Shown here: positions 10,858 to 25,357 of the stretch, piece by piece
How positions within the stretch are numbered: the stretch's first letter is position 1
Layout of the letters: each line of letters begins with the position of its first letter
Assembly: GCF_000143415.4 (NCBI RefSeq)
Contig: NW_003314287.1
Location: 704,203-768,202, forward strand
Source of the DNA: Selaginella moellendorffii
Lineage: Eukaryota; Plantae; Lycopodiophyta
DNA length: 64,000 bases
Direction: 5' to 3'
Translations under genes and position numbers: made by a program
Notes under the pieces: model-generated
Databases searched by the model: none
What the model was told of the DNA's origin: nothing
The model's input: only the letters and a program-made list of their open reading frames with translations

Positions 10858-13092
10858 CTAAATTGCAAGAGATTTGCTTAAGCGAAGTATGTGCTCTGCA
10901 GCTCGCTTGCCACGAGTCACATCTCCATGGAGCCTGCAAGCGCTCAACAGAGTTGTCCATGCCACCGCATCTGGAAGAAATGGCATGGACTGGATAAGAT
11001 TCTCGGCCTCCTCCAGCCGCTTAGCCCGCCCAAGCAGATCAACCATGCACCTGTAGTGATCCACAATTGGGTCAATCCCAAAGTCTGGTTGGATTAGCAG
11101 GAAGTGTTCTCGAGCATCAATGATCTTCCCCGCGTGGCTGCAACCGCTCAGGATTGCGATAAAAGTGATCTCGTCCGGTGAAATCCCTTCGAGATTCATG
11201 GACTGAAACGCATTAATTGCATCTTGCATATGGCCGTTTCTGGCAAGTACTGCGATCAAGGCCGTCCACGACCGCTGGTCTTTCCATGGCATATTTTCGA
11301 ATACTTCACGGGCGCAGCTTACATGACCATTTACGGAAAATGCAACCATCATTGTAGTGCACGATGAAAGATTGTGTTCCAGAATTCTGTCAAATATACT
11401 CTTTGCTTGCACAAGACACCCATTAAGAGCATAGACTGAGATCATAACGTTCCATGACACCACATCGTGCAAGGGCATTCGATTGAAGGCTTGAACTGAT
11501 TCGAGAAATTCACCACAATCGCCATAGCCAGTCAGAAGAACACACCATGCAAGGTGATCGCGGAAAGGCATCGAGAGGAACATTCTCTTCGCATCTGTCA
11601 GATACCCATCTCGGGCATAGGCCGACATTACAGTGTTCCACGCCACGACATTCCAACTTGGCATTCTATCCAAGGCCTCTTTTGCTTTGAAGGTTTGCAT
11701 TGCAGTAACAAGTCCACCAGCTAGAGCATTCCAGCAAACAATATCTTTCTGCTCCACAAGAGAAAACAATCTCCACATCTCCTCGAGATTCCCAACTCCG
11801 GCATTTGCAGAAATCATGCAAGTCCAAGTCGCAACATTGGTATCGGGCATCGACTCAAAGATTATCTTTGACTCAGTGGCCCGACCTGCATGCGCCAAGA
11901 CCTGTATCATTGCGTTATTCGACAGAATATCCCACTGTGGCATCCGATCAAAAAGTATCTTTGCTTCCTGAGTATCCCCTTTTTGGGCATATACTGTAAT
12001 CATAGTATTCCAAGTAATGACATTTTTTTGTGGCATCGTAAGAAATACGGAAGTAGATTCGTCTAAACATCCATTAGATGCAAAAGCTTGTATGATAATG
12101 TTGCTTGACACAAGATCCCTGTGTGGCATCTTCTGGAGCAAATCTTTAGCCGAGAGCATATCCCCACCTTGGGCATATGCCATCAACATTGTATTCCAAG
12201 CAAGAGAATCGTACGAAGGCATCCTAGCGAATATAACCTCCACGTGGCAGGGAGAGCCATGCTGGCAAAACGCGTGGAGGAGCGCGTTCCACGACACCGT
12301 CGTTCTCTGCGGCATCAGCAGGAAAATCTCCTCCACGAGTGTGACGTGTCCGGCATGATCATAGCCAATGGCCAGAGAGTTCCACGTCACCACATTCCGC
12401 GCTGGCATTCGCTCGAAGAGCTGCACCGCGATGTTCACGTAGCCCTTTTGCGAACAGGTGGCAAGGATGGTCGTCCAACTCACCACGTTTCGTTCGGACA
12501 TCCTGTCAAACGTGGATTTGGCCTCCAATGGGAGCTCGGCTTGGGAATATATGAGCATCATGAGATTCCACGTTGCAGTGCTCGGGTGTGGCATATTCTC
12601 AAACAGTTCTATCGCCTGTTCCAGATACCCGCATCTGGCATATACTGTGAGCATTGAGTTCCAGGCCATGACGTGCCACTCCGGCATCCGGTATAAATAC
12701 TCGCTTGCGTTGTCTAGAGACCCGTGTTCGCAAGACGCAGATACCATCGTCGTCCATGTCACTACGTTTTTGCGACGCATGGAATCATACAGATGCTTTG
12801 CCTGATACAGATGCCCGTTTTGGGCATATGCCGCGACTAGGATATTCCAAGAACATATGTTTGGGGCTTCAATCCCGTCAAAGACCATCTTGGCTTCTCG
12901 CACTTGCCCGCATTTGCCGTACATGTTAACAAGCATATTGGCCAGGTACGCATTCGATTTGTGGCCACTGGCCACAATTTGGCCATGGAGATCGCGGCCT
13001 CTTGCAATGTCTTTGGACTCCCCACAAGCTTTGAGAGCTGTGGCAAACGCATCTTCAAACAAAAGCTTTGCGTCATTTGCCCGTCTTTGCAT
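10858..13092 (-). CDS. PLS-class pentatricopeptide repeat protein with E domain
   Basis: Intronless; repeated ..FxxMPxxxVVSWN motifs; HYRCMVDLLGRA, WTTLLSACRLH. Confidence 0.92.
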   Translation of the reverse strand: MQRRANDAKLLFEDAFATALKACGESKDIARGRDLHGQIVASGHKSNAYLANMLVNMYGKCGQVREAKMVFDGIEAPNICSWNILVAAYAQNGHLYQAKHLYDSMRRKNVVTWTTMVSASCEHGSLDNASEYLYRMPEWHVMAWNSMLTVYARCGYLEQAIELFENMPHPSTATWNLMMLIYSQAELPLEAKSTFDRMSERNVVSWTTILATCSQKGYVNIAVQLFERMPARNVVTWNSLAIGYDHAGHVTLVEEIFLLMPQRTTVSWNALLHAFCQHGSPCHVEVIFARMPSYDSLAWNTMLMAYAQGGDMLSAKDLLQKMPHRDLVSSNIIIQAFASNGCLDESTSVFLTMPQKNVITWNTMITVYAQKGDTQEAKILFDRMPQWDILSNNAMIQVLAHAGRATESKIIFESMPDTNVATWTCMISANAGVGNLEEMWRLFSLVEQKDIVCWNALAGGLVTAMQTFKAKEALDRMPSWNVVAWNTVMSAYARDGYLTDAKRMFLSMPFRDHLAWCVLLTGYGDCGEFLESVQAFNRMPLHDVVSWNVMISVYALNGCLVQAKSIFDRILEHNLSSCTTMMVAFSVNGHVSCAREVFENMPWKDQRSWTALIAVLARNGHMQDAINAFQSMNLEGISPDEITFIAILSGCSHAGKIIDAREHFLLIQPDFGIDPIVDHYRCMVDLLGRAKRLEEAENLIQSMPFLPDAVAWTTLLSACRLHGDVTRGKRAAEHILRLSKSLAI

Positions 13093-13149
13093 ATGCTCAC
13101 TAAAAGAGTTTCATTTTCTCAAAGACAGTATTATTTACACTATATGCTT

Positions 13150-14046
13150 TCAATCGCTTTGCCGGAGAAGCTGGAGCAATGCGAGGAAGAGATTAAGGAT
13201 GTCGAGGTAGAGTGCGATGGAAGCCCAGACGTAGTCGTCGTAGTCGAAGCGCTTGATGAGATTGTCCGTGTCGTAGACGATATAGGCGCTGAAAATCAGC
13301 GCTCCAATCCCGGCGTAGATGCTCGTGCCGAGACTGGTAATCGGGAAGAACGACTGCAAGGAAAACGCGTGAGAAAGGAGAGAAATTCGATCAAAAGCAT
13401 CGACCAAGTACCTGAATGAGTCCCCACAAGATGAGGATGATCACAGCCACGAAGAGAAATGGCCCCAAGAAGCTAAAGTCCTGGCCTCGCTTTGCAGCCC
13501 AGTATGTGTAGGCAGTGAGCCCAAATCCAATGGCGGCCGTGAGGATCAAAGCTTCCAACACGATATCCCCTGTGCCAATTTTTTAAGCTAAGCTGTGAGA
13601 AATCCAAGTTCTAGAACTTTCAAGAACTTACCTCGCGTGAACGCGCACGAAATTCCAACCGGCAAGCTCAGGCACACCGTGAAGATCCCCAGCAAGATGA
13701 GATTGATGGGATGGCTCTGGCGATAGGGATGAATCACGCACAAAACTGCGAAACACAGGAATCAAATCACTCGAAAACCTGGCGAAATATTTCCCGAAAA
13801 CTCACGGATCAGAGGCAGGAAGGCCAGGAAGATCGGCAATCCGGGCGTGGTGACGAAGAACATCGCCACCGGGCGCGAGAAGACGACGACGCTGGCGACG
13901 ATGGCGGTGAGCACGATCTGGGTGGTGAGAATTCCATAGACCTTGCGGATGAAGCCCCAGCGCAGCGTGCTGTCGTCGGCAGAGAGGCCCGGATACAAAC
14001 CGCCGCTCTCGATGTCGTAGTCATAGCCTTGCTTCCCACCCCACAT
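13150..14046 (-). CDS. Bax inhibitor-1/LIFEGUARD (TMBIM) family membrane protein, 4 exons
   Basis: LRWGFIRKVYGIL; YIVYDT; ALYLDILNLF. Confidence 0.92.
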
Positions 14047-14186
14047 TGTGCTGCGCTACCCAAGAACCCTAGATCCCGAGAGCATATCCTTTTAAGTATA
14101 TCCTCAAGATACATTAATTTAGAAAAACAATTGGTTTTGATTTTAGATATTAATTTATGTGTTAGCCATTTAAATGAATTTTATTT

Positions 14187-16048
<1,862 letters not shown>

Positions 16049-16248
16049 CTATGGTGAAATTTTTCAAGGCCAATGTGCCGAGATCGAGGAAAGATTGTCT
16101 GTCGCTCACATGGAATTTCCAAGCTTTTCAATTGCTTGTGCTGGATTGGTGGCCGAAGATTTGAAGCTAAACCCCAAAATTCTTAATTGCTTGTGGACGC
16201 AGATTTGAAAAATTCTTTCTGTATGAAGAAAAATCACGCAAAAATTAA

Positions 16249-16322
16249 TGGCTTCATCCAGGTTCGAACTGGAGACCTTCAGTGTGTTAGACTGACGTGA
16301 TAACCAACTACACCATGAAACC
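16249..16322 (-). tRNA. tRNA-Val(AAC)
   Basis: GGTTTCATGGTGTAGTTGG...TCAGT-CTAACAC-ACTGA...GTTCGAACC...TGAAGCCA; T-run terminator. Confidence 0.95.
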
Positions 16323-16395
16323 AACGCATGGTGAATTTCAACTTTTTAGTAAGTTCCCAATTTTTATGGCTTAAAAGTTGCCATAAAAAGTGAGA

Positions 16396-16467
16396 TGAAC
16401 CCGGCGTGATTCGAACACGCAACCTTCTGATCTGGAGTCAGACGCGCTACCATTGCGCCACGGATCC
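16396..16467 (-). tRNA. tRNA-Trp(CCA)
   Basis: GGATCCGTGGCGCAATGG...TCTGA-CTCCAGA-TCAGA...GTTCGAATC...GGGTTCA; T-run terminator. Confidence 0.96.
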
Positions 16468-16526
16468 TCTGACATGTCAGCACCGAAGCTAAATCTTTAT
16501 CTCTTTTCTTCTTTTGTAAAAGAGCC

Positions 16527-19181
16527 ATGGCTAGGGTTCTTCTCAGGCGGGGAAGCAATGCGCTCGCTGCCCGGTCAATTTCAGGCGCTGGAGCCCGGCT
16601 GGAATGGCGCGCCAGGAGGTTTTGCTCGGATGGAGTCCAGGAGAGGGAGAGCATGGATTACGACGTCGTGATCGTTGGAGCTGGTCCTGCCGGCCTGGCA
16701 GCGGCGATCCGGCTCAAGCAGCTCTGCGATCGCGAGAAGAGGGAGCTGTCCGTGTGCGTCGTGGAGAAAGGAGCTGAAGTGGGTAACATATCTATTCTCT
16801 TGTCATTGTTTTCTCCTTGCTTTTCTTTGAGGAGTGACCGCACCGTTGGTTTTTCAGGATCTCACATTCTCTCGGGAAATGTCTTTGAGCCTCGCAGCTT
16901 GACTGAGCTCTTTCCGGACTGGAAGAAACAAGGAGTAAGCTTGTGTTCTAAACTTTTGTAAGACTGTCACGCTTGTCTAGGCTCCCGTGGAAATTCCGGT
17001 CTCGGAAGATAAGTTTTGGCTCCTCTCAAGTAAGCATGCAATACCGCTTCCATCTCCATTCAGAAACCATGGGAATTACGTGATCAGGTGAGAGAGACAT
17101 GTCTATAATTCTTACGAAGCAATCGTTTTTGTTCAGCTTAAGTCAGCTCGTTCGCTGGCTAGGGACCAAAGCCGAGGAGCTTGGAGTGGAAATATACCCG
17201 GGCTTTTCTGCTAGTGAGGTGAGGCGCTTCAGAGAGATTATTCGTTCGTTCTCAAGTGTACTTACTTTCTACTGTGTCTTTGACAGGTTTTGTACGACGA
17301 CAACAGAGTTGTGGGAATTGCGACTAACGATATGGGAATTGCGAAGAACGGCTGTAAGAAGTCAACCTTCCAGAAAGGAATGGAGTTGAGAGGTGCACAA
17401 AATCATCGTAAAATGGACTTCCTCTTACGTTCTTGTTTGTTATTTGTGTAGGACGTCTTACCCTCCTGGCTGAAGGTTGCAGAGGCTATCTATCTGAGGT
17501 ATTTGTAGATTAGTATTAAGGCACTCGAAGTAATTCATGTGACAGGAAGTTATTCGCAAGTACCAACTTAGGAAGCAATCAGGTGCCCAGCATCAAACGT
17601 ACGCTCTTGGGATTAAGGAGGTATATGATAAGCTCCACTGCAAAGTTTTACGCTTACAAGCAGGTTTGGGAGGTCGAGGAATCAAAACATCGTCCTGGTT
17701 TTGTCCTTCATACAGTTGGCTGGCCTCTCAACACAAAGACGTACGGGGGCTCGTTTCTGTATCATATGGCAAATCGGCAAGTAAGTTCAAGTTCTTACGT
17801 GCTTTAACTAAGCTTAGAAAATCAAGGCAGGTTGCAGTGGGCCTGGTTGTTGCGTTGGACTATCAAAATCCATATCTCTCGCCCTACGAAGAATATCAGG
17901 TGAGAAATATGTTCAGTTTCTACTTCTGCAAAATCTGATCTTAAAATTTATAGAGATTTAAACAGCACCCGTCCATAAGACCGATGCTTGAAGGTGGCAA
18001 AGTTGTGCAATATGGAGCCCGAACACTAAATGAAGGTGGCTTTCAGGTACATTAAAATTCTTGACAAGCCCATGGCGTTCATCGTTTTTTCATAGTCCAT
18101 TCCAAAAACTGTGTTTCCGGGTGGAGCACTCATTGGCTGTTCAGCGGGATTCGTCAATGTTCCAAAAATAAAGGGCGCGCATACGGCTATGAAATCAGGT
18201 ACATTCGTGTCACTAAACTGGCATTTTCAAGTTTCTCTCTGTAGGATTGCTAGCTGCAGAGACAGCTTTCGAACAACTATCAAAAGGTAGTGAACCTGCA
18301 AAGCTGGATAGTTATTGGGAGCGACTACAAAACTCATGGATATGGGATGAGTTAAACGCGGCACGTAACATAAGACCGGTTTGTCCTCATTCTTTTCACT
18401 TACAACCAATCTAATCCTAAGTTTGTAACAGGCTTTCCATTATGGTTTGCTCCCAGGTCTAGCAGTTTCAGCTTTTGAGCAGTAAGTTTTTTCGATTTGC
18501 TTCCACAGTTCTCATTCTTCGAATTTGCAGTTACATTTCCAAAGGCAAACTTCCATATACTTTGAAGCATGGAAGACCCGATCATTTATCCACTGAGGTA
18601 TTTAGCTGTGTTATCAAGTGTTTCTAGTGTTATGCATCTGTTGTCCAGGTTAGCAAGAAGCACAAGCCTATAGACTATCCCAAGCCGGACGGTGTGATCT
18701 CTTTTGATCTTCTGACATCACTATACAGGTGCAGTCCACCTATTTTTCAACTTCAGGAGCTGTGTTCTGACTGTTTGGCTCATCTTCTAGAAGTAACACA
18801 AATCATGAACACGATCAGCCTTCGCACCTTCTTCTCCGGGACCCCTCGATCCCGGAGAAAGTGAATTTGATAGACTATGCAGGACTGGAATCGCGCTATT
18901 GTCCAGCGCGAGTCTACGAGTAAGCGCAAGTTTCATGAGTTATCAGAAAAGTTACCCGTGGCTTTTGTAGGTACATTCCTGATGAGAATGAGAAGCTCAC
19001 ACTTCAGATAAATGCCCAGAACTGCCTGCACTGTAAGGTATGGGAGACGTTAGTTTCATAGTAGGTATCGTGCTTTTTCTTACTTTTGACACGTCAGGCC
19101 TGTGACATAAAGGATCCACCACAAAACATAAAATGGACAACGCCCGAAGGTGCTGGTGGTCCAGGTTATTCAATCATGTGA
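16527..19181 (+). CDS. ETFQO: Electron transfer flavoprotein-ubiquinone oxidoreductase (mitochondrial), many exons
   Basis: Arg-rich presequence; [12 protein letters not shown]; YCPARVYE; [16 protein letters not shown] Fe-S motif. Confidence 0.96.
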
Positions 19182-20029
19182 CAGACTAGAGTTTTAATGG
19201 GATTTGTTTTCGCATTTGCAAATGAATAATCATACTTGTTGGAACAAGGCCATGGTAGGTAATGCTTGAGTTCCAGGTTACTTGCAAGTGGCTCGATTCC
19301 TTACACGGTACGTATGTTTTATCTTGCCTTGGTTGACTACTAACTTAAGCAATGGGTGTGTTCTTTTGTCGATCGCGTCAGGTTCTGAATTTCAGAACTG
19401 AACAGGGTCAGATCATTTCAATAATGATCAGTCAGGTGTCAGCCTTCAGGTACGTTTTCTCCAATTGAAAAATGTCTAAGTGCTCATTCTCACCTTGCTT
19501 GCATTAACACTGTTTTGTGGTCTGCTTGTGGATGCAGGCAGACCTTTGCTGAATGATGCTGCTTTGTCAATGGTACTTCGCCGAAGTTGAATATCAAATG
19601 GTGGATCAATGGTGGTGGTGGTCCCGTGTTCCTGTTCCAAAACAGTGCCGTGTATGGAAGGACCGAAAATGCTCGTCACTGTTGCCAAAGATTCCTGAGA
19701 AGTGAGGCGCATGTTCGTAACCGGTGGTCCTAGTCCTTCAAAGGTAGGCAACTCTTTTTTAAAATTAGCTGTGCCTCCAGCTTTTGTTTTTCTTCTCAGG
19801 CCTTTCGGGATTTTTCAACCGGGCTAAAACTTTCCAGGGAGACTTTTGAGGTAAATTGCGAGCATTTGATATTACATAAACACACCATGTAGCTAGGACA
19901 TTTCTTCCAGAGCTTCAAAATTCTTTGTGACTTTTTCTTTCGTGTGCTTCTGCAGTTCTTGCTAAAGACTGCTGTGCGAGAGTATGATACAGTATCGATC
20001 AGCTTCAATCAGTTCGCGCTTCCATTCAA

Positions 20030-22131
20030 TCAGTACGTGGTCTTGAACGGCGTGTACTTTTCGAGGCTATGGAGAATACCTTCGATAGAACCGATCCCGG
20101 CAGCGATGGATATCATCAGGCAGGCTGCACTAATGGTCTTCAGAGCAACCCAGGACCAGGACCAGCTCTCGATCCGCTTTTGCTTGATGAACATCTCGAT
20201 GGGGAAGTAGACAGTGAGCGGCCAGAATCCAGCAGCACCGATCAAACCGACGATGTCGTTGAAGAAGGGAAGCAGCATTGCAGCAATGGTGGTGAAGATG
20301 ACGTACATGGTTCTCCACAGGAGCCGGAAGACGTTAACTCGCCAGGTTCCAACGAACGGGATTCGGATGGCGTGCTCAGTGTGGATGCAGCCTGATTTTG
20401 GCCACTTGTTCGCAGCAGTCGACTCCACAAACTCAAACAGTGGCTGACTGAAGACCTGTAACGTTTCAGCGCGACATACGCCGTTAAGACGACCAAGCGA
20501 TCGATCAAAAGCCTACCTGATAAGCTCCGACAAGATGGACAACGATGCAGGCATTTGCAAAGTCGACGAGCCAGTAAGGGTCGTAGAAGCCGAAGCCGGT
20601 GAGAAGATTGCCCCGAGCACCATTTCCAAAGGCACCGTAGCCGAAGCATCCGACCGACAAGTAGAAGGTGGTGGTGGTGATGATCCCAATCAGCGTCGCC
20701 TTCTTCATCGTTTTGTTCTCGGCTGGTGGTGACTTGATGGTGTCCTGGGAGTTTTCAAACAAAGGTGACAAGGAATGAGCTCTCGGACATTTACTTTTGC
20801 GATGGTTTGAAGTTGGCGTTACCTGGATTTCGATGAGAACGGTGGAGAAAGAATACGCAAACGCGATGTTGCCAAGGGCCTGGAAGACTCTCCAGACTTT
20901 CTTGGCGGGTGTTACACTGCCGAGAGTCAAACCAATGGGGACGCCGGTTGCTGATCCTAAGAGATGGCCATTCTCTGCGATTCCAAGAGGCAACGACGAC
21001 GACGACGACGTTAGAAGATTTATCGACCAGAACGGGGCGAAGACAAAAGAGAAAACAAGGAAGGCTATGAAAAACAGAGCAAGAAGGAGGACCGGACCAC
21101 GCACCGATGATCTTGCTGATGCCGAGTCCCAGGCCGATCCCGGAGTACGAGAACGACATAACGGCCGCGACGATGGACAGCCACCAGAGCTTGTGGAAGT
21201 TTGGGATCTGTGACAGCATCAGCTGGACCACTCCAAACAGAGCCATGTAGAGATTGTTGGAGGTGTTACAGGCGCCATTGTGGCCCTTGGCGTGGAAGCA
21301 GTCGGATCGATTGATGGCCCTGGGAGCAACAACAAGAGTCAGCCAACTTTGCGAGAAGAACGAAACAACAAACAATTTTGGTGGAGGAGTTTCGGAAACT
21401 TACACCATACTTATCGAGGCAGTGATGGTGTAACCGATGGCCGTTCCCATCAAGTTGCTGTACTGGACAAGCGCGCAGCACCAGAGCTGGATCTCACCTG
21501 GAGGAGCCAACACAACAACAGGCATTTAAGTCGGGAAGCGTGAACGAGGTACGCTCTTCGAGTAGAATCTCACCGAGGTTGGCTTTGACGGCGTCCTTGT
21601 ATCTGTAGTTTCGCTTGCCGGTGACGGGGTCCGGAGAGCGGTAGCAATCCGTGAGCAGCAGCGACGTGAAGAAGGTGATGGCGGCGAAGATGAGCAGCAC
21701 AACGGGGCCAGCGATCCAGCCAATCTGGGCCATGCTCCACGCCAGGGACAAAACTCCGCTGCCGATGACGGCGGTCACGACATGGGCCGAGGCTGTCCAC
21801 ACAGTTCCTGGAAGAAGAAGAAGCACAAGGAAACAAACGAAAGATCTTCATGAGTCGCCGAGAACGAAGAACTTTTCTTTTCAGCGAGGAAGAAACAAAA
21901 AGAGGAGGGGATTGATTGCCGACAACGAAAGTGATGGAAGGGATTGACAGGAAAGAGAGGAACAGCAGGAAGAAGAACAGGGAGGATGGATTCTCCACCT
22001 GTGCGGCATGGACGTCCATCGTCGTCGACGTTTTTCTGCTGCTGCTGGAGCTCCAAAGATCCGAGCTTGTGACCATTCTCAGCGTAAGAGATTCTCTCAT
22101 CGTGCGAAGGAGGAAACATTCCAACAGCCAT
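20030..22131 (-). CDS. Amino acid permease (AAP family)
   Basis: GTVWTASAHVVTAVIGSGVLSLAW; ALGNIAFAYS; FWPLTVYFP. Confidence 0.95.
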
Positions 22132-22606
22132 TGGTCGTTTCTTTCCTTGTTTTCTTGGTTTTCTTGGGGGCTCTCGACTCGATCGTTCTTGGGCGGTGGA
22201 GAAGAGACAAGGAAATCTATGCGAGGCAGATCTTTTCCAAAAAGGCTTTAGCTGGATTCACGCGGGATCACGCAAGGATAGAAGCAGCAGTATCAATGCG
22301 AGATTGGTAGGAGTAAAGAGAGGAGGCGATGGGTTCTTGGGCCTCCTCGCGAAAGACACAGGGAATGGGTGAGGAAGCAAGCAAGCAAGCAAGCGATGGA
22401 ATCACATGAAAAGCCCAAATCGATTATCCAGTTCCACACACTTTCCGCGTGCTGTCCTGCAAAGATCTTTCGAGCACGACTCGAGACAATGCGATGGTGA
22501 TTCTCTCCTCTTCTTTCTCTAAGTTCTCTCCCTTCTTTGCTATCTACGGCCTGGGCGGGCAATGGGTTTTTATACTACGATACGCCCAGGTGAGATTAAT
22601 CAAGCA

Positions 22607-23170
22607 CGCTAAGAGAAAGGAAAAACTCGCCACTGTTGCTAATAACACCACTGTTGCCACTGTTGTTTCCGTCCAAATCCATTCACTCGGAAGCCTCTTG
22701 GAAACAAAGAAAAACCCATCAGAGGGGAGGAAGAAGAGTACGAAAGCGTACGGCAGGATGGTGTCGGTCGTGTACGGTAGCAGAATGCGTACGGCGGACG
22801 GGTTTTCAAAGAGCGAGCCTCCCAAAATGCCGCGACTGACATTTAATTCTTCGGCCGGCCCTAATTTTGGGGCCCTCGCTAAGAGAAAGGAAAAACTCGC
22901 CACTGTTGCTAATAAGACGCGATGGAATCCATCCGTCCAAATCCATTCACTCGGAAGCCTCTTGGAAACAAAGAAAAACCCATCAGAGGGGAGGAAGAAG
23001 AGTACGAAAGCGTACGGCAGGATGGTGTCGGTCGTGTACGGTAGCAGAATGCGTACGGCGGACGGGTTTTCAAAGAGCGAGCCTCCCAAAATGCCGCGAC
23101 TGGGCACTCATGGGTGGCGTCTGATTTGAGCACATTTAATTCTTCGGCCGGCCCTAATTTTGGGGCCCTC
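22607..23170. repeat. Tandem duplication of a 270/294-bp unit
   Basis: 22607-22876 and 22877-23170 nearly identical apart from two short variable patches. Confidence 0.93.
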
Positions 23171-23974
23171 AATAATGCCCCCCCGTCCCATTGAACGTCG
23201 CGTGCCCGCCACCATTTGTTGGAGACGCTCTAGGTTTATCTTACGGAAGAATTCCTTGACTCTTTGTAACAATGTGGCAGAAGGCTAGCAGTCTGTGACA
23301 AGAATAGGGCTGGACACGTCGTCAACCCGTGGCAGGCATAAAAAAGTATGTGCGTCCTAGAGAGAGAAGAGAATCAACTCAAAAGCTCTAGAATGCAAAT
23401 CTCATATTCGCAAGTTCGCGAATATTTACATAGGTGTTGCGAATCTGGCTCCCAGCTTTTGGGATCACCGCATTGGAGAGTGTGTGGGAGAGAGAGAGAG
23501 AGAGAGAGAGAGTTATAGTTTTGCTTGAAAACAAACGAGGGGAAATTCCACCACCGTCCCAAGTGGACTCGTCTTTTTGGGTGGTAGCTCTGATTATCTT
23601 TGCTTAGATGGTTTCGAGAATCATCGTGGAAGAATAGGAGACAAATGAGCACTTCGAATTTCAAGTGTTCCCAAAGGCAACCGCAAACGAACCGTGACCT
23701 CCAATCTTTTCGGGCATGGTGGCTTGAATCATAGCTCCGAGCTCCAAAAAACTCTTAAAGTTGGCAAAGAAATAACCTAAACCATGGCCAACACCGACCA
23801 TCTGAAGCTTCTGGACACAAAATCTCTTGTCAATCAAGTCAATAATCGGGGAAATCCACATTCTTTTTAGAAAAGGTGTGTTCTTTAGTGTTCTCCCTCG
23901 ACACTGTGTGACCGCACAGTGCCAGATGCCAAATTTCCAGCTCCTTGCTTGACAAAAGAGAGAGAGGATCAGTT

Positions 23975-24050
23975 TTGTTCTCTCTCTCTCTCTCTCTGTG
24001 TCTCTGTCTCTCTCTCTCTCTCTCTGTGTCTCTGTCTCTCTCTCTCGTGA
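23975..24050. repeat. (CT)n/(CTGT) microsatellite
   Basis: Direct reading. Confidence 0.85.
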
Positions 24051-25357
24051 AACTTGTCATTCTCTCCGTGGTGTTTGTGTCCCAGGGCATCTTGGACAAG
24101 CGGATCAATGGAATTTTTTACTCACAGAAAAAGTTTTCGACCGTGCTCTTCCGTCGTCGGCTGCGTAGATTCCTTCAAACAAAGCTGCCCAAAGGGAAAA
24201 GATCTAGAAAAGGAAGAAGCAAGTAGTGCAAACTTCGCCTCGATCTTAGAACCATGGCGTTTTCATCCCAGTGGATCGATCCATTGGTGATTGATTGATT
24301 GGTTCTCTTCGGGAGCACTCGCAACTTTTAGACCAGTCGTAAAGCTCGTTCGCGCAGATCCACCGCCGCAGCACGTCTTGGCGTGGAGCAGACCTTGCTT
24401 GACTTTATGTCGGCTTGATCATCCAATCGATTCTTCCGTCCGGCACGATTTGCTCATGAACTGAATCTAGTGATTGACGAAGCTCTTCCAAGATCTTTTG
24501 CAACCTCGAAAAAAAAAGCAAAATTTTCATATGATTTTAGCGTGTGATTTTGGGCGGAGCTTCTTCGACGAACTTAGAGATCTAGATTGAGAAGAATCAA
24601 AGCTGACATTCTTCCAGGTGCCTTTTCCGCGTTGCATGATCATCGAATGAGAGATCTCGATGAAAACATTCCAGTTTCCGGATCCGGAAGTGTGATCCCA
24701 CCCAAAGCTTACACGTTACCAAGATTCACTCTGTTGTTACCTATGTTACACGTTTCTTGGGACTGGTCTAATGGAATCCGCCCCATCTCTATGGTTTTCG
24801 ATCACGTTTCCACCTTTTCTATGATAGTGGGATTCCTTATAAACTATTTTCACTTTCTTTTATTCTAGTATAAAACGTTGCAACAATGTAAGGGTGGAAT
24901 AATCTTTGCAAGTGGCGATAATGGACTCGAGTCCATTCTAGTCAAGTCAAACCGTGCTGACGCGGCATTCTATTTTCCTAGCTGGCAAGAGCCCAACCGT
25001 CGGATGGAAACAAAAGGCTCGTCCTCATGACATGGAAAGGGCAAGACGTGACAGTTATGCATGGGTCTTTAACGGCCTCGATCGCGCCACGTCATGCGGG
25101 GCGTGTACGTCTCATTCCTCGTCACCAGTTGTGTGATGACACGTGGCGGTTACGCCGCGCTTTCATCATTCCCTCCCATATATCTTTCAAACTCCAAGAA
25201 AGTGTGTGATTTTAGGGCTGCCGCTTATTTTAGGGAGGAGAAAGAATGGGAGGGGAGCTAGATTCCGCCGCGAGCGCGCTATTCTGAGGGAACTAGGCCA
25301 GCGATCGATCGAAAGTAGTTCCCATTCCGCGGCACAGTGGATTCTAGCAGCAGCAAC

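Noticed and set aside
19476-19751. 91-aa ORF between ETFQO and AAP
   Set aside because: Non-ATG start and no recognisable motif; cannot be supported
22449-23129. 226-aa and 187-aa ORFs over the tandem duplication
   Set aside because: Length comes from a frame-preserving duplication; no recognisable domain
23948-24060. miR156/miR535-like TTGACAAAAGAGAGAGAG hairpin
   Set aside because: Pairing is explained by GA/CT microsatellites; the mature 3' end does not match
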